A stretch of 64,000 nucleotides of DNA from an uncultured Eubacterium sp. Lineage in GTDB: Bacteria > Bacillota > Clostridia > Lachnospirales > Lachnospiraceae. Position numbers and translations under genes: made by a program. Under the pieces are notes generated by a model, which saw only the letters and a list, made by a program, of their open reading frames with translations, did no database searches and was not told the DNA's origin. Where the stretch lies: NCBI GenBank assembly GCA_910584645.1, contig CAJUAU010000004.1:7333-71332 (forward strand), read 5' to 3'. This document shows, piece by piece, positions 37,675 to 48,254 of the stretch. Position 1 is the stretch's first letter, and each line of letters starts with the position of its first letter.

Positions 37675-38376
37675 TTATTCCCTGTTTTCTTCTGTTTCAT
37701 CCTCTTCTTCTGTCTTTTCTTCCGAGGCTGCAACCACCGCCGACATCTCATCTATATGTTCCAGCTTGCTGACTGATATCTCATATGCCACTCTGGTCTC
37801 AAAGGTTTCTTCATCCAGCTTTTTCTGGTATTCGCGGCTCTGGATCCGTCCCCAGATCTGAATGTGCTCTCCCACCTGGAAGCCGTCTGCAAATCTTGCG
37901 TTTCTTCCCCAGCAGATACACGGGATATAGTCAGATTTTCCATAGGGGCGGTTTACTGCCAGCAAAAGATCCGCAATCTCTCTTCCCAGCGGTGTTTTTC
38001 TATATACAGGCTGTTTGCAGATATATCCATCCAGAAATATATAATTAGGCTTGTCGCTGCCAAGTTCTGTATCATCAACCCTTAAATCTCTTACAAAAAG
38101 CGAGAGAACAAGACGATTTCTATTTTCTTCATGGCGGTTATAGGAACGGAACTGTCCGCATGCCTCAAAGAATTTCCCCCGGTAATCCTTTGACACATCT
38201 ACCAGACGCTCGGAAACCATTAACGGGATCGTATCAAATACGTTGCTGAGCCTCCTTACAGAAAGATGTACCATATAGAATCCCTCACCGTACACTTCAT
38301 GGCTGAAAGTGAACTCGCTGATCACCTCACCATACACATTTACCTGATTGTTTCCTAAAACCTTATCTGTCATCAT
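37675..38376 (-). CDS. OB-fold single-stranded-DNA-binding-like protein with acidic tail
   Basis: Two OB-like halves (NQVNVYGEVISE...; NYIFLDGYICKQPVYRKTPLGREIADLLLAV...IPCICWGRNA...GEHIQIWGRIQSREY). The acidic C-terminus EEKTEEEDETEENRE is as in SSB tails. Confidence 0.5.
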   Translation of the reverse strand: MMTDKVLGNNQVNVYGEVISEFTFSHEVYGEGFYMVHLSVRRLSNVFDTIPLMVSERLVDVSKDYRGKFFEACGQFRSYNRHEENRNRLVLSLFVRDLRVDDTELGSDKPNYIFLDGYICKQPVYRKTPLGREIADLLLAVNRPYGKSDYIPCICWGRNARFADGFQVGEHIQIWGRIQSREYQKKLDEETFETRVAYEISVSKLEHIDEMSAVVAASEEKTEEEDETEENRE

Positions 38377-38563
38377 ATATGACCCCCTTTGTTTATTTTA
38401 TCCGTCCTGTGGACAGACCTTTTTTCTTTACTAAATAATGATATGCAGAAAACTTTCTTTTTAGAACTAAAAGATTAAATTTGCTTAAAAAAAATTTCTA
38501 TGATATAATTCTAAAGTTATTGAGTCTAAAAATCAACACCCATATGGAAAGGAAGACGATAAA

Positions 38564-40402
38564 ATGCTAACTGCAAGAGATGATGTAAGAAATATAGCGA
38601 TCATTGCCCATGTTGACCACGGAAAAACCACCATTGTAGATGAACTTCTGAAGCAAAGCGGCGTATTCCGCGCCAACCAGGAAGTTGCCGAACGTGTCAT
38701 GGATTCCAATGACATTGAGCGGGAACGTGGCATCACAATTTTATCAAAAAACACAGCAATTCATTATAATGATATTAAAATAAATATTATCGACACCCCG
38801 GGACATGCTGATTTTGGCGGCGAAGTAGAACGGGTACTGAAAATGGTAAACGGCGTTGTTCTCGTTGTGGATGCCTTTGAAGGCGCCATGCCCCAGACCA
38901 AATTTGTCTTAAAAAAAGCTCTGGAACTCTCCCTTCCCGTCGTAGTCTGTGTCAACAAGATCGATCGTCCGGAAGCCAGACCCGCAGAAGTAGTGGATGA
39001 AATCCTCGAACTGTTTATCGACCTGGATGCCGATGAAGAACAATTAGACTGCCCCTTCATCTTTGCTTCAGCAAAGGAAGGCACTGCCTCTGCTTCCATG
39101 GAAGAGACCGGAAGTGACATGAAGCCGCTGTTTGATGCTATTGTAGATTACATTCCTGCCCCGTCCGGAGATCCTGAGGCGGACACCCAGGTACTGATCA
39201 GCACCATCGACTACAACGAGTATGTGGGACGCATTGGAGTAGGAAAGGTGGATAATGGTTCCGTCAAAGTTAATCAGGAAGTAGTCATTGTAAATGCACA
39301 TGATCCGGAAAAGAACAGTAAAGTAAAAATAAGCAAACTATATGAATTTGAGGGACTGAACCGGGTAGAGGTGGAAGAAGCACATATCGGCTCCATCGTA
39401 GCCATTTCGGGAATCACTGACATTCACATCGGGGACACTCTCTGTTCTCCGGAAAATCCCAAAGCAATTCCCTTTCAGAGAATCTCGGAACCCACCATTT
39501 CTATGGATTTTATCGTCAACGACAGCCCCCTTGCCGGTCAGGAGGGCAAATATGTGACCTCCCGTCATCTCCGTGACCGCCTTTATAAAATGCTGAATAC
39601 CGACGTCAGCCTCCGGGTGGAGGATACCGAAACTACCGAAGCCTACAAAGTCTCTGGCCGTGGAGAGCTCCATCTATCTGTATTGATCGAAAATATGCGC
39701 AGAGAGGGGTATGAATTTGCAGTCAGCAAACCGGAAGTTTTATATAAAACCGATGAAAATGGGAAGAAACTGGAACCGATGGAGCGTGCCTATGTAGATG
39801 TACCAGATGAATTTACAGGAACGGTCATTGACAAACTGAGCCAGCGCAAGGGAGAACTTCAGGGAATGAGCCCTCTGAATGCAGGTACTACCCGGCTGGA
39901 ATTTCTGATCCCTGCCAGGGGACTGATCGGCTACCGCGGCGAATTTATGACAGATACTAAGGGAAATGGTGTACTCAATACCGAATTTTATGGTTACGGT
40001 CCTTACAAAGGAGATATTGCTTACCGCAAACAGGGTTCCCTGATCGCCTATGAGTCCGGCGAGACCATCACTTATGGTCTCTTTAATGCCCAGGAACGAG
40101 GCACCCTCTTCGTAGGTCCTGGTGAAAAGGTGTACGGCGGAATGGTAGTAGGACAAAATGGGAAAACTGATGACATCGAAGTCAATGTATGTAAGAAAAA
40201 GCAGCTGACTAACACCAGAGCTTCCGGATCCGACGACGCACTCCGGCTCTCCCCGAAAAAGGAATTGAGTCTGGAGGAAGCCATTGAATTTATTGACACC
40301 GACGAGCTGCTGGAGATCACACCGGAAAACCTCCGGATCCGCAAGAAAATTCTGGACGGCACAGAACGCTACCGCGCCAAGAGAAATTCCAAAGGAAATT
40401 AA
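38564..40402 (+). CDS. typA: Translational GTPase TypA/BipA
   Basis: [30 protein letters not shown]. 612 aa with an EF-G-like domain order. Confidence 0.9.
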   Translation: MLTARDDVRNIAIIAHVDHGKTTIVDELLKQSGVFRANQEVAERVMDSNDIERERGITILSKNTAIHYNDIKINIIDTPGHADFGGEVERVLKMVNGVVLVVDAFEGAMPQTKFVLKKALELSLPVVVCVNKIDRPEARPAEVVDEILELFIDLDADEEQLDCPFIFASAKEGTASASMEETGSDMKPLFDAIVDYIPAPSGDPEADTQVLISTIDYNEYVGRIGVGKVDNGSVKVNQEVVIVNAHDPEKNSKVKISKLYEFEGLNRVEVEEAHIGSIVAISGITDIHIGDTLCSPENPKAIPFQRISEPTISMDFIVNDSPLAGQEGKYVTSRHLRDRLYKMLNTDVSLRVEDTETTEAYKVSGRGELHLSVLIENMRREGYEFAVSKPEVLYKTDENGKKLEPMERAYVDVPDEFTGTVIDKLSQRKGELQGMSPLNAGTTRLEFLIPARGLIGYRGEFMTDTKGNGVLNTEFYGYGPYKGDIAYRKQGSLIAYESGETITYGLFNAQERGTLFVGPGEKVYGGMVVGQNGKTDDIEVNVCKKKQLTNTRASGSDDALRLSPKKELSLEEAIEFIDTDELLEITPENLRIRKKILDGTERYRAKRNSKGN

Positions 40403-40416
40403 CAAGGAGGATTGGA

Positions 40417-41325
40417 ATGGAACTTCAACCGATAAGTCCATTTGTACAGCATATTTTCAGAAAATATGAGGCAATGCGTCCCTGTTTTATGAGCGAAGGG
40501 CACTTCCTGAATCAGTTTTTATGGGAAAATTATTATCAGACCCGATTTGCCACAGATGATATCGCACTCTACCTGTTCTTCCAAAGAAAGGGGGAACGGG
40601 GCGCTTTCTGCCCTCTATGTTCTGTAGATGACCTTCCGGAAGCTTTTCGCCGGATGGAACAACAGTTCCACGAAATCTGGAACTGCCGTATGAATGTCTA
40701 TCTGATCGACACCCTCACAAAAGATGTGTGGCAGAGCGCCGGTCTCCTCTCCCACTATACGCTGGAATCCGACCGGGACAGCGCCGATTATATTTACGAT
40801 GCGGATAAATTAAAGACTCTTAGCGGCCGGGCTCTCCATAAGAAAAAAAATCTTGTCAATGCTTTTCAGAGAGAGTACGAGGGACAATTTACTTATGAAA
40901 CCCTCTGCTGCAGTAACATCGAAGAAGTAAAGGATTTTCATGAAAAATGGCTGGATGAGCGCAGGATCTATGACAAATATAATTGTATTGATAATGAAGA
41001 GGAAGGCGTGTACCGGCTTCTTGGCAACTGCCAGAGCATTGACTGCCACATGGGTGGAATCCGTATGAATGGCAAACTGGCTGCCTACACCATCGGTAGT
41101 TATTGTCCGTCGATCCAGTGTGCATTTATCCATATCGAAAAGGCGGACAGCGAGATTAAGGGACTCTACAATTACATCAACCAGCAGTTCCTGATCCATG
41201 AATTTCCGGAGGCCCGCTATGTGAACCGGGAAGATGATCTCGGCCAGGAAAATCTCCGCCAGGCAAAACTGTCCTATAAACCCATACGTCTTGAAGAAAA
41301 ATTTTATCTTCGTGAAAAGAGCTGA
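40417..41325 (+). CDS. DUF2156-like protein (related to the C-terminal domain of phosphatidylglycerol lysyltransferase)
   Basis: 302 aa. LSGRALHKKKNLVNAFQREY and the overall length recall DUF2156. Assigned from memory only. Confidence 0.45.
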   Translation: MELQPISPFVQHIFRKYEAMRPCFMSEGHFLNQFLWENYYQTRFATDDIALYLFFQRKGERGAFCPLCSVDDLPEAFRRMEQQFHEIWNCRMNVYLIDTLTKDVWQSAGLLSHYTLESDRDSADYIYDADKLKTLSGRALHKKKNLVNAFQREYEGQFTYETLCCSNIEEVKDFHEKWLDERRIYDKYNCIDNEEEGVYRLLGNCQSIDCHMGGIRMNGKLAAYTIGSYCPSIQCAFIHIEKADSEIKGLYNYINQQFLIHEFPEARYVNREDDLGQENLRQAKLSYKPIRLEEKFYLREKS

Positions 41326-42135
41326 TCAGCGCCAAAAAGCAAGATACTCATGACCTTTTCGCTGGTCCTCAGGGGGAAGCTTCCTATAATCACCATAGAT
41401 CCCCCTGAGTTTTTTATCATATTCCCGTGGAACCCGGCAGGAGATCCCCTCAAAATCCATGATGATCCTGTCCTCATAATAACTCTTTGAATTCTTTTCT
41501 TTTGTCCCGTATATTGTCGGATAACAAAATATATTTCTGGAAGAATCATAGTCATAGGTCTGCATAAGGGCTTCTGCCTCCCCAATGATCTTTCCCAGCT
41601 GAAATCTTTTGAAATGGTGCCAGTAACATTGACGGATCTGTTTCCAAGGGTTCAGATAGGGTTTGTACCTCCCAAATATCTTCCGGGATTCTTTGATCTT
41701 ATCCCAGTACTTAGCATATATTTCTCTCCGCTGCTCTTCGCTGTCCCCGGCTCCATCCACCGGAAAAACGTCCACCCAGAGCGCCTGGGCATAACTCTCT
41801 CTTCTGCCCTTTTTCTGTGTTACCGTATCCCGGTGCACCACCTGAATATAGGGGATGGCTGCATTTCCCTTCATTCCTGTCCGAAGTTCATAACGGGAAT
41901 TTTCTGTTTCCCTATCAAATACCTGCTTAAACACATTGTAATCCGGCCTCGGCATGGAGATATCGATATCATCATCCCAGGGAATAAACCCGCCATGGCG
42001 GACCGCTCCGATCAACGTCCCATAATCTAAAATATAACGCAGCTTATGCTTTTCACAGACCTTTACGATCTGGCGAAACATATCTAATTCGATCTCCTTA
42101 CATTCCTCCAGGGATATCGGCTCTAATCCACGCAT
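41326..42135 (-). CDS. licD: LicD-family phosphotransferase (phosphocholine/ribitol-phosphate transfer to surface glycopolymers)
   Basis: LRYILDYGTLIGAVRHGGFIPWDDDIDISM is the LicD nucleotidyltransferase-fold signature. Confidence 0.75.
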   Translation of the reverse strand: MRGLEPISLEECKEIELDMFRQIVKVCEKHKLRYILDYGTLIGAVRHGGFIPWDDDIDISMPRPDYNVFKQVFDRETENSRYELRTGMKGNAAIPYIQVVHRDTVTQKKGRRESYAQALWVDVFPVDGAGDSEEQRREIYAKYWDKIKESRKIFGRYKPYLNPWKQIRQCYWHHFKRFQLGKIIGEAEALMQTYDYDSSRNIFCYPTIYGTKEKNSKSYYEDRIIMDFEGISCRVPREYDKKLRGIYGDYRKLPPEDQRKGHEYLAFWR

Positions 42136-42142
42136 CTTCTCC

Positions 42143-43603
42143 TCACCTTCTGTTCCGCATCATTTTGATAAAATTCTTAAAAATGTCTATTAAATAGCGG
42201 AACTGACTCACTCCAAAAACCACAGATAATATGATATAGCTGGCTGCTCCTGATGCAACCTGTAAAACAATACTTAGGAGATCCGGTACAGGCAGCCTTC
42301 CCACCCCGTATACACATATTCCCATGGCAGCAGCCAACAAAATCGAGGGAATGAAATCAACCAGCTGTTCCCGGTAGGTATATCCCAGATATTTACGGTT
42401 TGGAGTAGAATTCACCAGTGCCGCAAAAAAGGTAACAAACATCGCCGTCACTGCAATTGCCATAACTCCCTGGTACATCACAGCGACGATCATCACGATG
42501 CCAAATACTTTTTTAACAATCTCCATGATCAAATAGGTTCTTCCCTTCCCCATTGCCTTCACCGCCTGAACATTCGCTGTCTGTACCGGCTCCAGGGCAA
42601 ACTGGATACAGGCGATCTGCATATAGGGAACACAAGGCAGCCATTTCTCCGTAAACATCAGCCGCACGATCGGTTCTGACATCACCAGCAGACCGATCAT
42701 CAGAGGCCACATAATATAGGAACTCACCCGTATGGACAGACGCACCATTTCCTTTAGTTTACTGGTATCATCCTGTTTTAGCGTCATGGCTGGAAACAGC
42801 ACCGAACTCACAGATGAATTAATATTTGTCACGATCAGGTTTGGCAGTTTTCCTCCCTGGTTATAAAAGGCGAGATCCTTTTCTGTATACACCTTCCCAA
42901 TGATCAGGCTGCGAATCTGTTTATAAGATGTGTGGATCAGTTCGGAGGCCAGCATCTTCCATCCGAAACTGAACAGATACTTCATCCGCCCCAGAGAAAA
43001 TCTCCATACAGGACGCCACCGTACGGTAAACCAGAGTACCACCGTATCCACCGTCGAATTGAACAGGTACTGTGCAACCAGAGCCCAGGCACCAAAACCT
43101 GTATATGCCATCACAATCCCCACAGCCGCTGATCCCACAGTACCGATCAATGTGGAGAAAAAAAACCGCTTAAACAGCATTTTCTTCTGAACATAGGCAT
43201 GCTGTACCGAATTCACTCCGGCCAGTGGCAATTTAAGAGCCATCACCCGGAGTACCGGCGTCAGAATTTCTTTATTATAAAATCCAGCTACTGCCGGAGC
43301 ACCAAAAAATACGATAATATAAAGCACCCAGGACATCACAATACTAAAATAAAAAACAGAGGAAAAATCTACATCATCCGCGTCCTTCTTCTGAACAAGA
43401 GCCGCCCCGAAACCGCTGGATACAAACACATTTGCTATATCTATAAATATGGTGATCAGTGCAATGACCCCATAATCGGATGGAAGCAGCAGCCTGGCCA
43501 AAATGATCGAGACAAGAAAGGATACGGCCTGAGCCCCAATCCTCTCACCAAATTTCCAGACCAGCCCGGAAAATACTTTTCTTTGTAATCCACCTTCACT
43601 CAT
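42143..43603 (-). CDS. Polysaccharide/teichoic-acid flippase, MOP superfamily (Wzx-like)
   Basis: 486 aa, ~12-14 TM helices. The N-terminal WKFGERIGAQAVSFLVSIILARLLLPSDYG is typical of polysaccharide biosynthesis (PST) exporters. Confidence 0.75.
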   Translation of the reverse strand: MSEGGLQRKVFSGLVWKFGERIGAQAVSFLVSIILARLLLPSDYGVIALITIFIDIANVFVSSGFGAALVQKKDADDVDFSSVFYFSIVMSWVLYIIVFFGAPAVAGFYNKEILTPVLRVMALKLPLAGVNSVQHAYVQKKMLFKRFFFSTLIGTVGSAAVGIVMAYTGFGAWALVAQYLFNSTVDTVVLWFTVRWRPVWRFSLGRMKYLFSFGWKMLASELIHTSYKQIRSLIIGKVYTEKDLAFYNQGGKLPNLIVTNINSSVSSVLFPAMTLKQDDTSKLKEMVRLSIRVSSYIMWPLMIGLLVMSEPIVRLMFTEKWLPCVPYMQIACIQFALEPVQTANVQAVKAMGKGRTYLIMEIVKKVFGIVMIVAVMYQGVMAIAVTAMFVTFFAALVNSTPNRKYLGYTYREQLVDFIPSILLAAAMGICVYGVGRLPVPDLLSIVLQVASGAASYIILSVVFGVSQFRYLIDIFKNFIKMMRNRR

Positions 43604-43608
43604 TCTCT

Positions 43609-44493
43609 TTAATCCTCTTCATTTTTTGATAAAAGTTCTTTTTCAAACTCATTACAGGAATTTATCTTAACCGCTAATTTCAGCCAACTGCCAATAACCT
43701 CTGGATCGGTTTCACTTCGTACTCTGTCTTCCAGCGATTCAGGAACTTTTCCCATCTCTTCCAGTATATCAAGTAAGGCTTCCGCTTTTCCTTCCGCCTT
43801 TCCTTCCGCCTTTCCTTCTTCCCGCCACATCCGCTCAAACTCCCATGACTTCATATAGCGAACACCTACTTCCTTTTTATGCTTAATCCTGGTTACATAA
43901 TCGTGCAATTCTTTTAATTCTTCAGATACCGCATTTGCCTCTGAACTCTCCACTATGTATTTTAAAAGCTCAGCCAGTTTTTTAGTTCCGCCGATTTCTC
44001 CTTTGGTGTATAAAAATATTGACACAGCCCCATCTTCATATTTTATATCCGGTTCTTCCAAGACAACATTTTTCACCGTGTAGCATATACGATTCTGACC
44101 AAAGGGATCATGGGATAGAATAAAAATTGTCCAAAGTTCTGGCAGCCTGTCATACTCCTCCCCAGTATCTAAAAGCCTGCCATCTAATAAAGCCCGGTAA
44201 TATCTGTTCCTTTTTGGCAATAACTTTTTATCGGTGTGCTGATCTGGTTCAATATCATATAAGCATTTCCCCTTTTCATCAACATACAGATCCATACGAA
44301 TACCATGCTGCACAGTATCCACTCCCTGAATGGTATTTTGTGGATGAATTTGAATTTCTTCCACTTCTCTTTTGCAGATTGACTTGATCAGCAAGCGGCA
44401 GAACCACTCGCCCTGTTCTCCGGAAACTGCCTCAAAAAACAGAAAATCATCCAATAAATTTAGTTCTTCCATCGTCTTTTTTTGTTGCTTCAT
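43609..44493 (-). CDS. Rpn-family recombination-promoting nuclease / putative transposase (PD-(D/E)XK)
   Basis: N-terminal LNLLDDFLFFEA...DLYVDEKGKCLYDIEPDQ fits the Rpn/transposase_31 pattern. Start moved to MKQQKK (GGGAGG RBS). Confidence 0.65.
   Translation of the reverse strand: MKQQKKTMEELNLLDDFLFFEAVSGEQGEWFCRLLIKSICKREVEEIQIHPQNTIQGVDTVQHGIRMDLYVDEKGKCLYDIEPDQHTDKKLLPKRNRYYRALLDGRLLDTGEEYDRLPELWTIFILSHDPFGQNRICYTVKNVVLEEPDIKYEDGAVSIFLYTKGEIGGTKKLAELLKYIVESSEANAVSEELKELHDYVTRIKHKKEVGVRYMKSWEFERMWREEGKAEGKAEGKAEALLDILEEMGKVPESLEDRVRSETDPEVIGSWLKLAVKINSCNEFEKELLSKNEED
43780..43818. repeat. 12-bp in-frame microsatellite, 3 copies, encoding (EGKA)3 in the Rpn-like gene
   Basis: tccgcYtttcct occurs three times on the plus strand and is translated as EGKAEGKAEGKAE. 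Confidence 0.8.
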
Positions 44494-44609
44494 ATAGTAT
44501 CCTCCCTTATTATAATTCTTTTTCCCCCACATGTAAAGTCTTTTAACCGATAAATATATATTTATTAGCCTGGAAATTTTGATTTGCAGAAAAGTGACTG
44601 TGCACCCGC

Positions 44610-44655
44610 AAAAAAAGAAATCACATCAATCCGAAGAATTCAGATTGATGCGATT
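44610..44655 (-). terminator. Rho-independent terminator after the YoaK-like gene
   Basis: Arms atcacatcaatc and gattgatgcgat (one G-U pair) around an 11-12-nt loop. On the minus strand UUUCUUUUUUU follows. Confidence 0.55.
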
Positions 44656-44701
44656 GTAGCATACTTTTATAAAGGAGTCAACCCCAAGCGTCACGCTTCG
44701 C

Positions 44702-45361
44702 TTATCTTTGTCTTTTGCCATACATCATAACAAAAGCAATACACAAAATTCCGGAGCACATCAAAATTGATTTTTCCTGCAGCCACAGGATCACGATGCT
44801 TCCCATAACGGCCCCCAGCATAAAGCAGCCGATGATCCCATAGTAGAGCAGGCTCTTTCTCAGCCGGGAACGGTCTTTTTTAAAAATATATTCACAAAGA
44901 TTCTGTGTCCCGCTTCTCAGATTCCCAATGCACATTGTCGTGGCGATGCCATTGTCATGTATTTTCCGGAAACTCTCTACCTGTATGCCGCAGGCAAGGG
45001 ATATAACGCTGTTCGCCAGCAGATTATAGTGGAAGGGAATAAATGCCACGGCAAGGAGCAGGACTGCCTCGATCAGCAGGGAACATTGTCTCCAGTGCAG
45101 GCTGCCCTGCCAGCCATCCGTCCGATAACGCAAAATATCCGATACAATGATCCCTATCGTAAAAGCCGCCACCGGACAAAGATATTGAAATGCCCCGGAT
45201 AAATCCCCCCGGGAAAGATGAACTCCCAGCAAAAGCATATTTCCCGTCTGGGCATTGGCAAATACATGATCCCGGCAGAGATAAGAATAGGCATCCATAA
45301 AACCACCGGAAACAGCCAGTATCATGCCAACCCGCAGAGTCTCTGACATCTGACGGCTCAT
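44702..45361 (-). CDS. YoaK/DUF1275-family membrane protein
   Basis: GGFMDAYSYLCRDHVFANAQTGNMLLLG motif and ~6 TM helices. AAGGAGGG RBS. Confidence 0.65.
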   Translation of the reverse strand: MSRQMSETLRVGMILAVSGGFMDAYSYLCRDHVFANAQTGNMLLLGVHLSRGDLSGAFQYLCPVAAFTIGIIVSDILRYRTDGWQGSLHWRQCSLLIEAVLLLAVAFIPFHYNLLANSVISLACGIQVESFRKIHDNGIATTMCIGNLRSGTQNLCEYIFKKDRSRLRKSLLYYGIIGCFMLGAVMGSIVILWLQEKSILMCSGILCIAFVMMYGKRQR

Positions 45362-45479
45362 ATCCGTTCCCTCCTTACGTATACTTTGCTCCTTCGCGTC
45401 ATCCAGCTAATGCATCGAGAAAAATCCGAGGCAGGACCCCGGACTTTTTTCTGAACCAGCCTGGCATCGCCGCGTCGAG

Positions 45480-45920
45480 CTAGCTCATATAAATATCTGC
45501 AATACGCCCGGCGCTCTCCGGGGAGTTTGCTTTGAGATACATTAAATACTGAAGTGCACTTCCTTCATAGGAATGAATATCACCAAACAATCCAACTTCA
45601 TAACAGTTTCGTATTACATTTATGATGCAGTTTTCTGTATGATCCTCTTTACAGTCCTTGCATTCTTTCAAAATATGTGCGATAGCAGTTTCCAGTTTAT
45701 GTGGATCATATACCTTAAAATCGGTAGTAGGAATCCTGCTAATACCCTCCGCAACTTCCTTTTTCGGCTCTTTTTGATAGTCTTTGATACACTTTTTGGC
45801 ATAACCGATGGTACATGCTTCCTCCTGGCACTGGTCGCAAAATTCTCCCTCCATACAGCAGTCCAGCAGATCTTCCCAAACCAGATCCGCATTCATTCCT
45901 TTTTTGTGTTCCTCTGACAT
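45480..45920 (-). CDS. Hypothetical Cys-rich cytoplasmic protein (146 aa)
   Basis: The ORF has typical codon usage. Cys clusters CCMEGEFCDQCQEEAC and ECKDCKEDHTENC. I recognise no family. Confidence 0.4.
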   Translation of the reverse strand: MSEEHKKGMNADLVWEDLLDCCMEGEFCDQCQEEACTIGYAKKCIKDYQKEPKKEVAEGISRIPTTDFKVYDPHKLETAIAHILKECKDCKEDHTENCIINVIRNCYEVGLFGDIHSYEGSALQYLMYLKANSPESAGRIADIYMS

Positions 45921-46060
45921 ACTAATCCTCCAATCCGAATTTTTTTCCAGTATATCATATGAACGATTGTTTTTCTATATCACAAATTACAAAATATGTA
46001 TAAACATTTTATAAAAGATGAGCTGGCACATGACGAAACAGGGGAAAGTTACGCCGAAGG

Positions 46061-48238
46061 CTACCCCTGCATCTCCAGCTGTGCCTTGACAAGCCGGCAG
46101 TAGATCCCTCCCTTCTGGATCAGCTCCTCGTGGGATCCTACTTCTGCCACCTGGTGGCCGTCGATCACGATCAGACGGTCCGCATTCTGCAGCGTTGACA
46201 GCCGGTGGGCGATAGCAAAGGTCGTCCGCCCCTCCGTAAGACGCTCCAGAGCCTTCTGGATCATAAATTCACTCTCCGTATCAAGACTCGCTGTGGCCTC
46301 ATCCAGGATGAGAAGCCTTGGTTCATTCAGGATGGCACGGGCTATGGCAATACGCTGCCGCTCCCCGCCGGAGAGACTGTAACCTTTTTCTCCCACATAA
46401 GTATTATAACCGTCCGGCGTCTTGCAGATAAAGTCATGGGCATTTGCCAGTTTCGCCGCCCGGACTACCTCTTCATAACTGGCATCCGGCCTGGAAAAAC
46501 GGATGTTATTCAGGATCGTTCCAGAGAACAGAAAGGTCTCCTGCAGCACCACACCGATCTGGGAGTGGAACCGGTCTGACTTGATCTCTTTGATATCGTG
46601 GCCGTCCACCAGAAGATTTCCATCATCCACCTCATAGAGACGCATGATCAGGTTGATCAGCGTGGATTTTCCAGTTCCTGAAGCACCGACGATACCAATC
46701 ATCTCTCCCTTGTGGATCTTTAAGTTCAGGTCCTCCAGCACTGGCTGATAGGACTTGTAACCAAAAGTGGCGTGGCGGAATTCGATCTCGCCTTCCACTT
46801 TCAGTTCCACTGGATCTTCCACATCTTCGATAAAGGGTTCCTGCGCCATCACATCATTGATACGCTCAATACTGCTGATGAGGTTCATCAGATCCCTTGG
46901 CATACTGGTCATCCAGTTCAGATACTGATACAGCAGCTGGGTGTAGGTTATAAACTGCAGCAGTTCCCCGGTGGTCATCTCACCCTGCAGCACATCCATA
47001 CCGCCAAAATAGATCACCAGAAACACACCGGCTCCCATCAGAAAATTTACTCCTGGAAAAAATACCGCCCAGAACACTTCATTTCTCGTCTGCACATGGC
47101 AGAATTCTTCGGCGAGATGATTAAACTTACTCTTCTCCGCCTCTTCTTTTCCATAAGACTTTACCACCCGCATTCCTGATATGACGTCCTGAAGGTTGCT
47201 GTTGACATCATCACTTTTTTTCCACTGCAGATGAAAACGGCGGTGGATATTTTTACGAAAAAGATAAGTGATCACTACCGCAAAAGGGATAAATACAAAA
47301 CTAAAAAGCGACAGTTTTACACTGAGTGCCAGCATAAAAATAATATCACAGGCAAAGATAAAACATACCGTAAACATATTACAGAAAGTCCGCTCCATAA
47401 AATCACGGATCTTTCCTGTATCGAATACGATCCGGTTCATCAGCTCTCCCGGACGTCTGTCATTGATAAAGCTCAGGGAGAGGATCTGGATCTTGGCAAA
47501 AAGTTTTTCCCGCAGATCCTTGGCAATCTTTGCCCCCAAAACCGTACAGTAATAGCTTTTCAGTATATTGATCACCACGATGCCCACGCTCAGGAAAAAC
47601 ATAATGCCCAGGCAGGTAAATGCCACGCCCATACCTCCGCTTCCATCGGTAAGCACATCATCCACCAGATGTTTCTGTACTTCCGGATTTAGAAGTGTCA
47701 CCACTGCCGCCAGGATCATCAGAGTGATGATACCTACAAAATTCTTCTTGTAGGGGGCTGACATCTTCAGAAAACTCCTCCAGAAACCGCCCTCCTTAGA
47801 ACAGTGGGGGCAATATCTGGTGCCCGGTATCGCCCGCCCGCAGTCAGGGCAGATCTTTTCATATTCATTGCTGATAACTTCTTCCTCCCTGCCCGAGATC
47901 AGAATATTGATCCCACGGGCCACATAGGCATACCGGGACAAATGTTTGGCAGAATACTGTACGATGTACCGCTGCACCCCATTGTGTTCCAGCACCAGAA
48001 GCCCACAGCCGATCTTCGCCTCCGCCCGGGCATTCCGGCACTCCGAGAGGCGGATTTTTTCTTTTAGCTCCCCTTTCTGGATCACCCAGAGATGCTTTGT
48101 GCTGACTGCCACATAAGAATCTGGCAGCCATCTGTTGTTCTCTGCCACATCAAAGGGAACGGTATAATATATTCGTTCTCCCTGCTCCAGCTGGATACAG
48201 GAAGCTGCCGATTCTGGCAGATTAAATTGTAATATCAT
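46061..48238 (-). CDS. ABC exporter half-transporter (N-terminal PH-like/zinc-ribbon extension + 6 TM + NBD)
   Basis: Walker A GASGTGKSTL, signature LSGGERQR, Walker B LLILDEATA. N-terminal ~160 aa end in CPDCGRAIPGTRYCPHC. Start moved to the ATG at 48238 (GGAGGA RBS). Confidence 0.85.
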   Translation of the reverse strand: MILQFNLPESAASCIQLEQGERIYYTVPFDVAENNRWLPDSYVAVSTKHLWVIQKGELKEKIRLSECRNARAEAKIGCGLLVLEHNGVQRYIVQYSAKHLSRYAYVARGINILISGREEEVISNEYEKICPDCGRAIPGTRYCPHCSKEGGFWRSFLKMSAPYKKNFVGIITLMILAAVVTLLNPEVQKHLVDDVLTDGSGGMGVAFTCLGIMFFLSVGIVVINILKSYYCTVLGAKIAKDLREKLFAKIQILSLSFINDRRPGELMNRIVFDTGKIRDFMERTFCNMFTVCFIFACDIIFMLALSVKLSLFSFVFIPFAVVITYLFRKNIHRRFHLQWKKSDDVNSNLQDVISGMRVVKSYGKEEAEKSKFNHLAEEFCHVQTRNEVFWAVFFPGVNFLMGAGVFLVIYFGGMDVLQGEMTTGELLQFITYTQLLYQYLNWMTSMPRDLMNLISSIERINDVMAQEPFIEDVEDPVELKVEGEIEFRHATFGYKSYQPVLEDLNLKIHKGEMIGIVGASGTGKSTLINLIMRLYEVDDGNLLVDGHDIKEIKSDRFHSQIGVVLQETFLFSGTILNNIRFSRPDASYEEVVRAAKLANAHDFICKTPDGYNTYVGEKGYSLSGGERQRIAIARAILNEPRLLILDEATASLDTESEFMIQKALERLTEGRTTFAIAHRLSTLQNADRLIVIDGHQVAEVGSHEELIQKGGIYCRLVKAQLEMQG

Positions 48239-48254
48239 TACATCCTCCATTCAG

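Noticed and set aside
45362-45479. Possible second copy of the 48255-48396 hairpin element. Similar GC-rich snippets occur at 58640-58700 and 62240-62265.
   Set aside because: Only short shared strings (agcta..tcgag, gcccaatgg, gccagcctg) are present. There is no alignable core and no flanking duplication, so the evidence does not support a repeat family.
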